Positions 1 through 11,939 of a stretch of DNA of 64,000 nucleotides are shown here, in pieces. The stretch is from the NCBI RefSeq assembly GCF_030144855.1, contig NC_082711.1, forward strand, positions 109,182,001-109,246,000, in the 5' to 3' direction. This stretch comes from Hypanus sabinus (lineage: Eukaryota). The notes beneath the pieces are model-generated. The model was not told where the DNA came from. It searched no databases and was given only the letters and a program-made list of their open reading frames with translations. Numbering within the stretch: position 1 is the first letter of the stretch; every line of letters starts with the position of its first letter. A program made the position numbers and the translations under genes.

Positions 1-368
1 CTTATGCAGTAGCACCCCCCCCCCCATAGCAGATATGATGCAGCCCGTCAGAATGCTCTCTACGGTACATCTATAGAAGTTTTTGAGTGTATTTGTTGAC
101 ATGCCGAATCTTTTCAACCTCCCAATGAAGTATAGTCGCTGTCTTGCCGCCTTTGTAGCTGCGTCGATATGTTGAGACCAGGTTAGATCCTCAGAGATCT
201 TGACACCCAGGAACTTGAAACTGCTCACTCTCTCCACTTCTGATCCATCTATGAGGATTGGTATGTGTTCCTTCATCTTACCCTTCCTAAGTCGACAATC
301 ATCTCTTTTGTCTTTCTGACATTGAGTGCCAGGTTGTTGCTGAGACACCACTCCACTAGCTGGTATAG
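1..368 (-). mobile_element. Rex/Babar-like LINE fragment (RT C-terminal region)
   Basis: Minus strand translates, with frameshifts, to WCLSNNLALNVRKTKEMIVD...VSSFKFLGVKISEDLTWSQHID...RQRLYFI.RLKRFGMS...FYRCTVESILTG; same family as 11940-12557 and 58335-59737. Confidence 0.75.
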
Positions 369-1337
369 CTATGAAGGGTCAGTTGCTAAATCACAGCAAA
401 TATTTGCCAAACAGGGCCCAGGATTGAGAGCCTTTTGACGGGTGCCTCTTGAGTGTCCTTTCTGAAGCCTCTTAAAGGGCACAAGAGTGGATGTAGGATG
501 TTCCACCTAGCTGGGTAGTCCTGAGGGGGATGATTAGTCTTGGGTGGGGCATTTTCGAGACTCAATGAGGAATTTATTCACTCAGAGAGAGGGAAGCTGT
601 TGATTGTCTCTTCTATTGGCAGAATAAGTTCTGTGAATGTTTTCAAAAATAGTATCAATCTGGTTTTTGGATGTTAGAGGAATTGAAGGATGTGGAGATG
701 GGTATTAAAATAATGTGTGGTAGAAGATCAGCCATTATATTGAGTGGCTGAGGGGGCTAAAAGCCATTCCTGTTGTATGCTATCCTTAAATGACGGTGGA
801 AGGTGTAAATGGCCGATCTCTACTACTATTCTTATTATTTTATGACTGAAACTCTTACATCTCATGGTTGGTTTTTATCTTGGCCATCTTTTTCGAGTCA
901 GGTGAGTAGGGCACAAGAGCGTAATAAGAGGTTGTTTTCTGTGTTGGTAGGTTTCACATGAGGAATGGTGAAACTGACCAGGCCCATACTCTAGAATGAG
1001 AGGAAATTCCAGATGGGGTTGGATGTAGAGTTGATATTTCTACTTCTTGGGGTGTCGGATTCAGACAGCAAGGGATTAGCCAAATACATGTGTTTTTTTT
1101 CCCCCCCAAATCTTGGAATTCACTACCAAAGAAGTCTATGAAGGCCTAGTCCATCATTTGAGATTTATCAGCACCGGATTTTCCAATATTATGGAGTTGG
1201 TGCAGGAAAGTAGTGCTGAGCCATCACGTTGTTGAATGGTAGACTTGGCAAAAAGGACTAAGTTGGTCTAATTCTGCTTTTTCTTGTGTTCTTGATAAAC
1301 CTGTTACTAAAATGACCAACTTTTCTTTGCTTCACAG

Positions 1338-1396
1338 AGAAGAAGACTGGAGAAGTGGCAGTGCTGAAGAGAAACCAAAGATACATTTACTATCTG
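1338..1396 (+). CDS. OARD1: OARD1/TARG1 internal coding exon (59 nt)
   Basis: ttcacag|AG AAG AAG ACT...TAT CTG|gtaatt encodes KKTGEVAVLKRNQRYIYYL; human OARD1 as recalled reads KKSGEVAVLKRDGRYIYYL. Phase 0 end joins the next exon in frame. Confidence 0.95.
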
Positions 1397-2680
1397 GTAA
1401 TTCAAGCACTAGAATTTCTCACTATATGAAGTATTTTTTAAAAAAATTAGACTGAAAAAAGTCTATAGTCCAAGTCCACATCCAAAACACAGAAAACCTG
1501 GGCAACACACTCTGGCCACAGTGGGTGGCTCTCCCCTGTCCAGTAGCAGAGTGACCAAAAGACGGGCAGCTGATACTCACCCTCTGCACCAGACTCGATG
1601 TTTCAATCTCTCTTGTCACTTTAATTGGTGCACAATGGAAACCTTGATCAGTGAATTGGAGTTGGACATGGGCTCGTGCCCTATCCTGCAGCCTGCCCGC
1701 CATCAGGTTCACTCATGATGCCCCTGCCTCCCAGAATTTTTCAAGGCAATAAATTGTTTTGCACAAGATCAGACATATAATAATAGCATTGTTTTCTGGT
1801 TTGACAAAAATTCCAAAATGCATCTCTATCATTTGCTTATGACTAAATTCAAGTGACTGAAGCTCCCTGGTTGACAGTAACATTTCAGTGTTTGGTAATG
1901 AAACATTTGTGATCTGATTGTCTTTAAATAACAAATCTTAGCTTTAATGTTCACTTAGTGCCAATTTACATTTGGTATATTTTTGTGCCAAGTTCAATCT
2001 GGTATAACAGGCTTCATTTGGGCTTGTCCCAGTATATTATATAAGCAATTTTAATGTCACAGTATTCTGTATTTTTATTTTTTTTCCTGCCATGGTGTGG
2101 ACAATAAAACCCACACAGACTGTGTTTTTGAAACATTTCCTTTTCCATATCCTTGTAAGACAAGTCATTCAGCCTACCTGTCTTAAGCCAATTCACAGCA
2201 GTCCCATTTCCTTTGGGCACCAGTTTACATTGTAATTGATTTGTCAGCAATTCTATCTTTCATTTGTATATAAGGAGCATGTTCTAGTAGTGGCCAGTTA
2301 AACTATGATGTGGGAGAAAATGGGAGGACCTGAGGAAAGCCCATGCTGTTTCTGTGATTTAGTGGATAAATACAGGTCTGCAAGGGAAACATCCGAGATT
2401 TCCAAAGAAAGTAGGGAAAGAAATTTGATGCCAAATGATTTGGTTCAACCATGGTGCCAGAGGGTTATAAGACTGCAAATTTTACACCTTTGTTTAAAAA
2501 TAGTTGTCGGAGTAACAGATTAAATAGGCAGTCATTCAAAGTTTGGAGCTGTGTTGTTTTTTTTTACATAGTTCAGTCTAGTTTTTGTACTGTGTCATGT
2601 AACACCATGGTCCTGAGAAACGTTGTCTCATTTTTACTATGTACTATACCAGCAGTTATGGTCAAAATGACAATAAAAGT

Positions 2681-2705
2681 GACTTGACTTGACTTGACTT
2701 GACTT
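2681..2705. repeat. (GACTT)5 pentanucleotide microsatellite
   Basis: gacttgacttgacttgacttgactt read directly. Confidence 0.9.
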
Positions 2706-2820
2706 GGGATTCAGAGTTAATTTGTTTAGGCAACTGACTTGATTGCTTTTTTTTGGCTAAAGTAACATCCTGTGAATGTAGTTCATTAACTTTCAAAAGG
2801 AGTTTGATAGTGTCATAGAC

Positions 2821-2985
2821 ACACAAGGGATTCTGCAGGTACTGCAAATCCAGACAACACAAAATGCTGGAGCAACTCGCAAGATCAGGCAGCCTCTAAG
2901 GAGAGGAATAATCGGTCAGTGTTTTCAGTCGACACCCTGAAGGTTGGCATTGACTCTTGTGGCCTGATCTGCTGAGTTCCTCTAG
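2821..2985. mobile_element. Degenerate Penelope-terminus fold-back element
   Basis: gattctgcag...acacaaaatgctggagcaactc...caggcagc left arm and gcctgatctgctgagttcctc right arm; same family as the copies at 16.2, 51.1 and 59.7 kb. Confidence 0.6.
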
Positions 2986-4104
2986 TATGATAGTGTAAGA
3001 TTATGGGCTTGTCATTAAGAGAAACAGTTCCCATTGGCAGAAGGGAGTCAGCAAACAAGACAAAAGGAACAGGCACAGGAACCAAAAGTGATATGAAAGT
3101 ATTTTGTAGAGCAAGTAATCAGTGTGTGGAATGTACTATAAGGGGAATAAGTGGGTAGCATTGGTAATTTTTCCCCAAAATTCAGCAGGCTAGTTTCTGG
3201 GGAGTTGAGGGATGGCTTTGGAGAAGCTAGCTGGATTTCTCTGTCTATTTAGACTAGGCTTTGGTGTTGTGACCTTTCAGCGATTAGCCTTGCTGCAGAA
3301 ATTCTTCTATAGGCTCAACCATCAGTGACTTTCCTGCCCATCATTAGATCAGATGTAGAAAGAGTATTAATTCCACAATGTTCAAATGCATTTCCATTTC
3401 TAATATTGCTATCCGTTGTCTCTGTGAAAGATAATCAAGATTCAGTTCATATGTGTGATCAAGTAGTAACATCACTTGCCATTCAAAGCATTGCCACCCT
3501 GAAGTCCCCTACCAACGCCTCAGAGCCCTGACCCAAAGCAAATGCCACAAATGCTGTGTAGAGGCTGAATATCATGTGGTCACTGACTCAAGTACCACCC
3601 CAAAGCCTTCCCTTGACCTAGAAGGCACGACTTAAGGACATTGTGGAATACTCTCCTCTTGCCAGAATGAGTGACTTTACCTGCCTGGATGAGAATCTCT
3701 CCGTCCGAGGTGAAAGTGAATAGCAGCTGTTGTTCTTAAAACAGTACCTTCCTCCACTGGTGCACACGCTGGCTGTGATACGTATGGTGTTACTCACCAA
3801 CACCATTCCGATGCACTTCCAACGCTTCCTTCCAACACCAAGAAGGACAAGGATGGCTGCGAAAGTTGATCTTCATTTCTGATTTGAGAATTCAGAGCTC
3901 GTGAGAATTGTTTTAAGATATCCAATGTTAGAATATGCTTCAGCAATCAAATTGATTTTTGTTATTACATTTCCAAACTATTTATATACTATTTAATTGA
4001 GAGAGTGCCTTGCCTTTACCTTGAACAAATAACCACTTTAATGTTTCACTCTTTATTAATCAAAGAGTAATTGGTTAATATTAAGTGGGATTATTATTGC
4101 ACAG

Positions 4105-4217
4105 ATTACTAAAAAGAGAGCCTTCCAAAAGCCAACTTATGAAAGTCTACAGAGCAGCTTGGAGGCCATGAAGAGACACTGTATCAATCATCAAGTCACC
4201 CGCATCTCAATGCCCAG
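4105..4217 (+). CDS. OARD1: OARD1/TARG1 internal coding exon (113 nt)
   Basis: ttgcacag|ATT ACT AAA...ATG CCC AG|gtaata encodes [38 protein letters not shown], including the ITKK motif (catalytic Lys84 in human TARG1). Confidence 0.96.
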
Positions 4218-4475
4218 GTAATAGAATACCCTGGTCTAGGTAACTGAGCAAAATATTAATGGGGATGGGGGAGAAATATAATGCAAGCTGGGTGTTGCAT
4301 GTTAATGCAAAATTGTTATGTACAAATGCGAGATTTTTTTTTAAATGCTCAGCTATCTAAAGGCAGGATCTTTTTTGCAGTGTTTGAAAGTGTGGGGTTG
4401 CATTGACTTCTTTTACATAGACTGTATCATTTGAAGCCAAAAATCACTGGCATGGACTGCTTTCTTTCTTTACAG

Positions 4476-4683
4476 GATTGGATGTGGATTGGACAAACTC
4501 AGCTGGAATAAAGTTGCTGAGAGAATTCATGATGTCTTTCAGAGCACTGATATTACTATCACTGTGTACTCGCTGAATCACTCTGTGGCCTGGCCCTTTC
4601 AGTGGAAAGGGGGCAAGTCTGGATTGCTCAGAGGGGCAACTCTGGATTGCCGTCAAAAACCAAAATTGCCAAGTAGTTTGTGA
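4476..4683 (+). CDS. OARD1: OARD1/TARG1 last coding exon, with 35-aa C-terminal extension
   Basis: ctttacag|G ATT GGA TGT GGA TTG GAC encodes [33 protein letters not shown], including the GCGLD motif (Asp125 in human). The frame stays open to TGA at 4681-4683. Confidence 0.93.
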
Positions 4684-4756
4684 TTGAACCTGGTTAGTAT
4701 GTTCATCTAAAAGTGGGAATAGTTTCTGAGTAGGAAATACAAACAACAGGGTTTTG

Positions 4757-4762
4757 ATTAAA
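4757..4762 (+). promoter_or_regulatory. Candidate OARD1 polyadenylation signal ATTAAA
   Basis: ATTAAA about 70 nt after the stop, followed by a GU/U-rich tract (ttttgtttgtatttc). Confidence 0.5.
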
Positions 4763-5599
4763 TGAAACCCTTTTGTTTGTATTTCTTACATTCTGTGGGA
4801 ATTTCAGAATGCTGCTATTCAGATAAAATCATTTCAGATTGGATTCTGTGCTTAAAGAGTTACTAATGTTGTTAGGGAATGAATGTTGAGAGTTTCCTAG
4901 ATCTCATATTATAGAAAGTGAACATGGACGTTTAACAAAGGAGAAAATATGAAGTTTGCCGTTTTGCTCCTGTTGACGGGGAGAGACAACACAGACTTGA
5001 AGGCACAACCTGAAAGTGGACTGGAACCAGGAAACCTGGAGATTCATTTGTGTAGATCTTTGATTGTATTAAGAATAGATGGTAAAGTGTAAGAATCTTG
5101 GATGCCATGTATAAAGTACAACACTAGGAATGTTGTGTTGAATGTTTTATAAAGTATGCATACTGTTCTGGTCATCACACTTAAGAAACTGAAGCCTTTG
5201 TATGCTGATCAGATTTGTGAAGGTGTTTCCAGGAGTAGAGCTACAAATTTGGTTGGAAAATCTGGGGTTGTTTCAGTAAAAAGGTTAGCTTGGAATGTGA
5301 GGTAGAACTTTGTTTAGCAAGAGCTGATAGCTTGCTCCTATAAACATGGGCAATCAATGATTTCCAAAGGAAATTGGCATAGCACTTGAAGGAAATCAGC
5401 TTATAAACATGTGTGGGAAAGTAGGTAATGTGATTGGCTGAATGAGTGAACAGAGAGCTGATGTTGACTTGATGCACTGAAGTAATAATTCCAAGACCCA
5501 ATGACTATTTTACATCCTGCTGATGAGGTGGGAAACATTTGATTATAAACTAGTTGTTGTATCATGGGGAGCTTTAACAAAATATTGTGCTGAAAATGA

Positions 5600-6110
5600 A
5601 AACATTTGAGATCAAAAGAAAAATGCGAGATATATTCAGCAGGCCAGGTGACAACTACAGAGACAAACAGTTGAGGCGACTACCTTTCATCAGAATGGGA
5701 GTTGTGGATTCTTGGAATTGATATTCTATAAAAAGGAAGGGGGGAAGCGGGTGAGGGGGGCATGGTGGAAGCTAGAAAGTGATAGGTGAAGCCAGGAGGG
5801 TGTGGGGTGTGTTAGAATTAAGAAACTGGGAGGTGATAGGTGGAAAAGGTAAAGGGCTAGTGGAGGAATCTGATAGGAGAGGAGAGTGAACTGAGAGAGA
5901 AAGGGAAGGAGAAGGGTCCAGGGGAAAGTGATAGGTGAAGAGAAGGGGTGAAAGGGAAACCAGAATAGGGAATTGAAGAACGGGGAGGGGAGCTTAGAAA
6001 AATCAGTATTCATACCATCAGTTTGGAGGCTAGCCACATGGAAAATGAGGTTATGCTCCTCCAACCTGAGAATAGCCTCTTCTTGGCAGTAGAGGAGGCC
6101 ATGGACTTGA
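5600..6110 (-). mobile_element. Penelope-like element, 3' part (GIY-YIG C-terminus and 3' end); continues at 6512-6795 and 11775-11835
   Basis: Minus ORF 5726-6064 starts EEHNLIFHVASLQTDGMNTDFS, the Penelope endonuclease end (E..LI...L.P.G.N), followed by a pyrimidine-rich tail. The element is split by a CR1 and an L1. Confidence 0.75.
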
Positions 6111-6511
6111 ACGTGGACTGTTTTCTACACAGAGAGAAAGTTCAAAAACCCAAGTTGCAAAGGGACTTAGGGAAGGGCCTCGATAGAGTAGATGCAAAGA
6201 GGATGTTTCCTAAGATGAGGGAGTCTAGTACCAGGGGGCACAGCCTCAAAACAGACAGACATACGTTTAGAATGGAGATGAATTTCTTTAGCCAGAGGGT
6301 GGTGAATCAGTGGAATTTGTTGCCACGGGTGGCTGCCCAATCATTGACTATATTTAAGATGGAGGTTGATATGTTCCTAATAAGTCAGCATGTTAAAGGT
6401 TATGGGGAGAAGGCAGGAGAATTGGGAGGGAAATAGATCAGTCATGGTCAAATCATGCAGCAGACTAGATGGGCTGAGTGGCCTAATTCTACTCCGACGT
6501 CTTATGGTCTT
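6110..6511 (+). mobile_element. CR1 LINE 3' fragment inserted in Penelope
   Basis: Encodes KGLDRVDAKRMFP...RGHSLK...FFSQRVVNQWNLLP; ends in the CR1 tail gcctaattct...tcttatggtctt. Confidence 0.8.
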
Positions 6512-6964
6512 GTGTCAAAATGGAGATTGGAATTAAAATGGTTGGCCACTGGGAAATCATGTTTTTAGCAGATGGAGCGAAGGTACTCAACAAAGCAGTC
6601 CCCCAGTCTACGTCAGGTCTCATCAATGTAGCGAAAGCCAGATCGGGAGCACCGGACACAATGGACAACCCCAGAAGATTCACAGGTAATGTGTTGCCTA
6701 CCTGGAAGGACTGTATGGGGACCTAATTGGAGGAAAAGTGGCCGATGTATCACTTTTGCTTGCAGGGATAAGTTCCTGCAGAGAGATCAGTGGGGGGAGT
6801 CAGCAGTAGACGCTCATGGAGTGAGTACTGTTTCAGATTTGCTCCATAACCTTTACTTTTTTTAACCTATGATCACCCTTATTTAACTTATTTTTACCTA
6901 CACCAAAAGATTCTTGCTATTTTCTTGGACTTATCTTTAAGAGTTTATTGTGAATTTTGAAGAA

Positions 6965-7822
6965 ATGAATACAGAAATGGCTCTTAGATCTAAAGGGCGA
7001 GAACCTGGGAAGAATCCTAATGGGAACGGAAAGAAGCAGTCTGATCCTAAACGTACCGAATTAACTTATGAATTGTTATTGGAGGTTTTAAATCAAAAAT
7101 TTGAAGAACAACGACAAATTTTTAAACAAGATATAAAGGCTTTTCAAGATTATATTGATAAGACGGATTCAGTAGTTAACCAGCAGCAAGTTCTAATCGC
7201 AACTCTGCAAGAAGACGCTCGGAAGCGAGACTTGATAATTGAAAAACTGCAGCAGAACTTATTTTCGATGATTAAACAGGTGGAAACACTTAAAGCCAAG
7301 AGTGTCGACTTTGAGAATCGGTCCAGAAGACAGAACCTACGCATACTCGATCTCCCGGAAGGTATCGAACAAGGGGACCCCATGAAGTACTTTGCTCAAC
7401 TTTTAAAGGATGTGTTCCCTTCTGTATTCCCAGACAGTCCTCCATTACTCGATCGCGCTCACAGAATTATGCGTCAATCACCGAGTGTTTCAGCTAAACC
7501 ACCGGTTGTAATTGTCCGATTTCATTATGTGCATGTTAAGGAGCAACTTATTCATGTGGCTCGGCGTGTAGGATTGGTCAAATTTCAAGATCACAATTTC
7601 CGTTTAGTAGAAGATTTTAGTCCTGAAATAATGAAGGCAAGGCTTCTTTTTAAACCTCTGATGTCTGAATTTTATGAGAAAAATCTAAAACCGGCGCTCT
7701 TATACCCTGCGAAGCTCAGAATCTCGCCTCCGAATGCTCCACTTTGGGTTTCTCTTTCTACTTCTGAAGCGAGAAGCTTTCTGAAGGAGAACTCTCCTAC
7801 TGTTACGGACACTCATTTCTAA
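6965..7822 (+). CDS. L1 ORF1p (coiled coil, RRM, CTD), intact frame
   Basis: Motifs ENRSRRQNLRILDLPEG, DRAHR, IVRF, EDFS, LYPAKLRI. First ATG at 6965; ATG at 6977 is an alternative start. Confidence 0.9.
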   Translation: MNTEMALRSKGREPGKNPNGNGKKQSDPKRTELTYELLLEVLNQKFEEQRQIFKQDIKAFQDYIDKTDSVVNQQQVLIATLQEDARKRDLIIEKLQQNLFSMIKQVETLKAKSVDFENRSRRQNLRILDLPEGIEQGDPMKYFAQLLKDVFPSVFPDSPPLLDRAHRIMRQSPSVSAKPPVVIVRFHYVHVKEQLIHVARRVGLVKFQDHNFRLVEDFSPEIMKARLLFKPLMSEFYEKNLKPALLYPAKLRISPPNAPLWVSLSTSEARSFLKENSPTVTDTHF

Positions 7823-8385
7823 TAAATGAGTGATTTTGATAGTGTAAGATGGTTTTTATTTCCAAAACCAGATTTTCTTTCTGGCTATTGGTGTAAGTTT
7901 ACTCTATATTTTATACTCTAGTTAAAGTTTTTTTTCGACATACTAATCTTTTTATTTTACTTACTTCAACCACTGTACTTTATCTTTGGTTATTATTATT
8001 AATCCTTTGAAGGTGAAGGTGAATTTTTAATCCTTTGAAGGTGAATATTTTTTTTACTAAGATGGCGGTTTTTTCTTTAAAATAGTTTTGGTTTTTTTTA
8101 TGATTTCGCCATTTTTTTTCTCTCTCGTCTTCTTCCTATAATGCAATCTAATGCAATCTAACCCTAATGCATCTATTATCACAGTTTAAATTTTTTTTTT
8201 GGTTTGTTTGGGTTTTAACCCGATTTATAAGTTACTAGTGATTATATTCTTTTTTTTTACTACCAATTATATTAAGAAGTTTGGTTTTAGTATAGTGATT
8301 ATAATTTCTTTAGAGTTCGGGTGGATTTTTCTAATATCCTTTATATACGGAGTTGTCTTCTGCTGATATGGGGGTAGATTTAGTT

Positions 8386-11354
8386 CTTCTTTTCAATTAA
8401 TTCCATGGATGATATTTCTTGCGGAACACTTTGGGATACTTTTAAAGCATATATACGTGGACAGATTATCTCTTACTCTGTTGGTCTGAGAAAACGCATT
8501 AAGTAGGAAACTCTTTGATTGGTTGATAAAATTAAAGAGATTGACAAGAAATATTCGATTACTCCTAGTAAGGAGCTTTACAAACAAAGGGTGGAACTTC
8601 AAACGGAACATAGTTTATTACTTACATCTTTGATTGAAAATCAATTAATGAAAACCAGATCTGATTTTTATATACATAGTGATAAATCGGGTAAACTGTT
8701 AGCTAGTCAATTGAAGAATGCTTTAGTTAAACGTCAAATTACTAAGATCCATCAGCAGAATGGGGATCTGACAGTTAACCTTGATGAGATAAATAAATCA
8801 TTTCAAGATTTTTATACCTCCCTGTATCATTCCGAATTCCCTCATGATCGTAATACCATGTGTGATTTTCTTGGGAAATTGAATTTTCCAAAATTATCAT
8901 CAGATGATCTTTCAATATTAGAAACTCCTATTACGGATGCAGAAATTAAAGGGGTTATTTCCTCTATGAATTCTGGGAAAGCACCAGGTTCAGATGGGTA
9001 TACAGTAGAATTTTTTAAATGTTTTTCCACTACTCTTTCTCATTGGTTAGGCAGGGTTTTTGAAGAAGCAATTAGATTGGGCAATTTGCCACAATCTTTT
9101 TATAGAGCTTCCATTTCTTTAATATTGAAGAAAGATAAAGACCCTACTGACTCTGCATCCTATAGACCTATATCCTTATTGAATGTAGATTCCAAGATCT
9201 TTTCCAAGTTACTGGCATCCAGGTTGGAGAAGGTATTACCCCAAATTATTTCGGAAGATCAAATCGGTTTTATTAAAAATCACTATTCTTTTTTCAATGT
9301 TAGGAGGCTATTGAATATTGTTTATACTCCTTCACATAGCACTTCAGAATGTGTCATTTCATTAGATGCGGAGAAAGCATTTGATAGAGTTAAATGGCCA
9401 TACTTATTTAATGTGCTGGAGAAGTTTAATTTTAGTCCGACATTCATTTCCTGGATTAAACTGATATATCATACTCCAGTAGCCTCGGTGCTTACTAACA
9501 ATCAAAGATCTCCCTTTTTTCGTTTATTTCGGGACACTAGACAAGGCTGTCCTCTTAGTCCACTATTATTTGATATTGCTTTAGAACCCTTGGCAATTGC
9601 TATCAGAGAATCACAGAATATTCTTGGTATTAATCGTGGGATAGATATACATAAGTTATCATTATATGCAGATGATTTATTATTATTTGTTTCTAATCCT
9701 GAGAAATCCGTTCCTGCAATTTTATCATTATTGGCTCAATTTAGTGATTTTTCCGGGTATAAATTAAATCTTAATAAGAGTGAATTGTTTCTTTTAAATA
9801 GACAGGTCCCAATTTATGGAAACTTACCTTTTAAATTAGTTAATGACTCTTTTATTTATTTAGGGATTAAAATCACAAAAAACTATAAAGACTTATTTAA
9901 GGTTAATTTTTTACCCTTAATCGATCAGATTAAATGTTTGTTTACTAAGTGGTCACCACTATCTTTATCTCTGATAGGTCGGATTAATGCTATTAACATG
10001 GTTATTTTACCCAAGTTTTTATATATATATTTCAAGCGGTACCAATTTTTATTCCGAAATATTTTTTTGCTAATGTTGATTCAAAAATTTCCTCATATAT
10101 ATGGCAGAATAAAAATCCTAGGTTAGGTAAAATATATTTACAGAAGGCAAGGAAGGAAGGTGGATTAGCAATGCCTAATTTTAGATTTTATTATTGGGCA
10201 GTTAATATCCGATATTTGATATGTTGGTTAAAGGATTGGGATATATCTTTTAGCCCTCATTGGGTGAACCTGGAAATTAAATCTGTACAAGGATTTGCAC
10301 TGGGTTCTATTTTAGGGTCTTCCCTTCCCTATGCTCTTTCTAAATTGCTGAAACGAATTGACAACCCGATAGTTAAACATACTTTACGTATATGGTTTCA
10401 ATTTCGGAAATTTTTTGGGTTGACTCAGTTTGTTTTAAATATTCCTATTGTATCCAACTGTTTTTTTTATCCTTCTATTATGGATCAAGCTTATTCGGCT
10501 TGGAAGACTAAAGGATTACTACGATTTTCTGATTTATTTTTGGATAACTGTTTTATGTCTTTTGAGCAATTATCTAATAAATATAATTTGCCTAGATCTC
10601 ATTTTTTTAGATATTTACAGATTAGGAATTTCTTAAATACTTACTTCCTACTTTTCCAAATTTTGTGTCTTCAGGCACTTTGGAGAATTTGTTTGAACTA
10701 AACCCTTTTCAGAAAAGGCTAATATCAAAACTTTACAACATAATTATGAAGATACATTCTGAGCCCTTTTATAAGATTAAAAATGATTGGGAAAGAGAAC
10801 TTAACCTTACTATCCCTATTGAGAATTGGGATAAAATTCTTCAATTAGTTAATACATCTATATGTGCTAAACATTCACTAATACAGTTTAAAGTTGTGCA
10901 TAGGGCTCATATGTCCAAGGATAAATTGGCTCATTTTTATTCCTATATAAATCCTATTTGTGTTAGATGTCAGTCTGAAATAGCGTCTTTAACTCGTATG
11001 TTCTGGTCGTGTCTGCTTTTGGAAAAATATTGGAAAGATATTTTTGATATTATCTCTGCGGTATTGAACATTGATTTACAACCTCATCCTATTACTGCAA
11101 TCTTTGGTTTACCAGTGATGGACTCACTTCATTTATCCTCTTTTGCTTGTCGAATGATTGCATTTTTTACACTAATGGCTAGAAGATCTATTTTGTTGAA
11201 TTGGAAAGAAATTAATCCTCCTACTGTATTTCATTGGTTTTCTCAAACTATGTTATGTCTAAATTTAGAAAAAATTAGAAGTGGTGTATTTGACACTTCT
11301 ATTAAATTTGAAAAGATATGGAGACCATTTATTCGATATTTTCATATGATGTAA
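8386..11354 (+). pseudogene. L1 ORF2 remnant (linker, RT, C-terminal zinc knuckle); endonuclease absent, disrupted
   Basis: LWDTFKAYIRGQIISYS then two in-frame stops (near 8503 and 8515); RT motifs GKAPGSDG, YRPISLLNVDSK, SLDAEKAFD, QGCPLSPLLF, LYADD; frameshifts near 10025 (TA run) and 10640; CVRC...RMFWSC knuckle with His replaced by Arg. Confidence 0.9.
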
Positions 11355-11939
11355 TATGACCCTGTTCCAAGCCTATTTGATTTTCCAGTTTTGATTTTAT
11401 ATATGTTGAGAGGATCAGAGTTGACGACACTGATGATTTTGTATTTTTGTGAGATATTATAAACAGCCCTTTTTTTCTTTTCTCTTTCCATTTTTTCTTT
11501 TTTCCCTATTAGTTACTAGATTATTAGATTTTTTTTGCATATTTTTGTTTCTTTTTCTTTTTTCTGTTTTTTTATTATATGTTATGATATACCTAGGTTT
11601 GCCTTGTTTATTTGTATATTGTTTGTCCATGATTTGGGAATACTCATTTGTACTGTAACCATTGCTTATGTATTCTTTCATGTTTAGTTGAAATATGTAT
11701 GTTTGTAATCCATTATCTATGTATCAATTTTATCTTGTTGATATTAATAACAATAATAAAAGATTGAAAAAGAAAGAGAGATCGGTGGGGAGGCAAGAAT
11801 GGACAAGGCATCACAGAGAGAGTAATCTCTGAAATAATTTGGTTTAAAAACAAATTATAATATGGGCTGCTTCAATTTGTGTCTTTTTGAACAGTATAAG
11901 TTTAGGTGTATATGTAGGTATTGAACTGACACCATTGCT

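Larger units (their letters stand above)
6796..11774 (+). mobile_element. L1-clade LINE with both ends, 16-bp TSD and internal endonuclease deletion
   Basis: TSD agagagatcagtgggg (6780-6795) / agagagatcggtgggg (11775-11790); 5'UTR, ORF1, AT-rich spacer, RT, 3'UTR with AATAAA and an A-rich tail. Confidence 0.92.

Noticed and set aside
6023-6436. 137-aa ORF
   Set aside because: Chance fusion of antisense Penelope sequence and a CR1 3' fragment.
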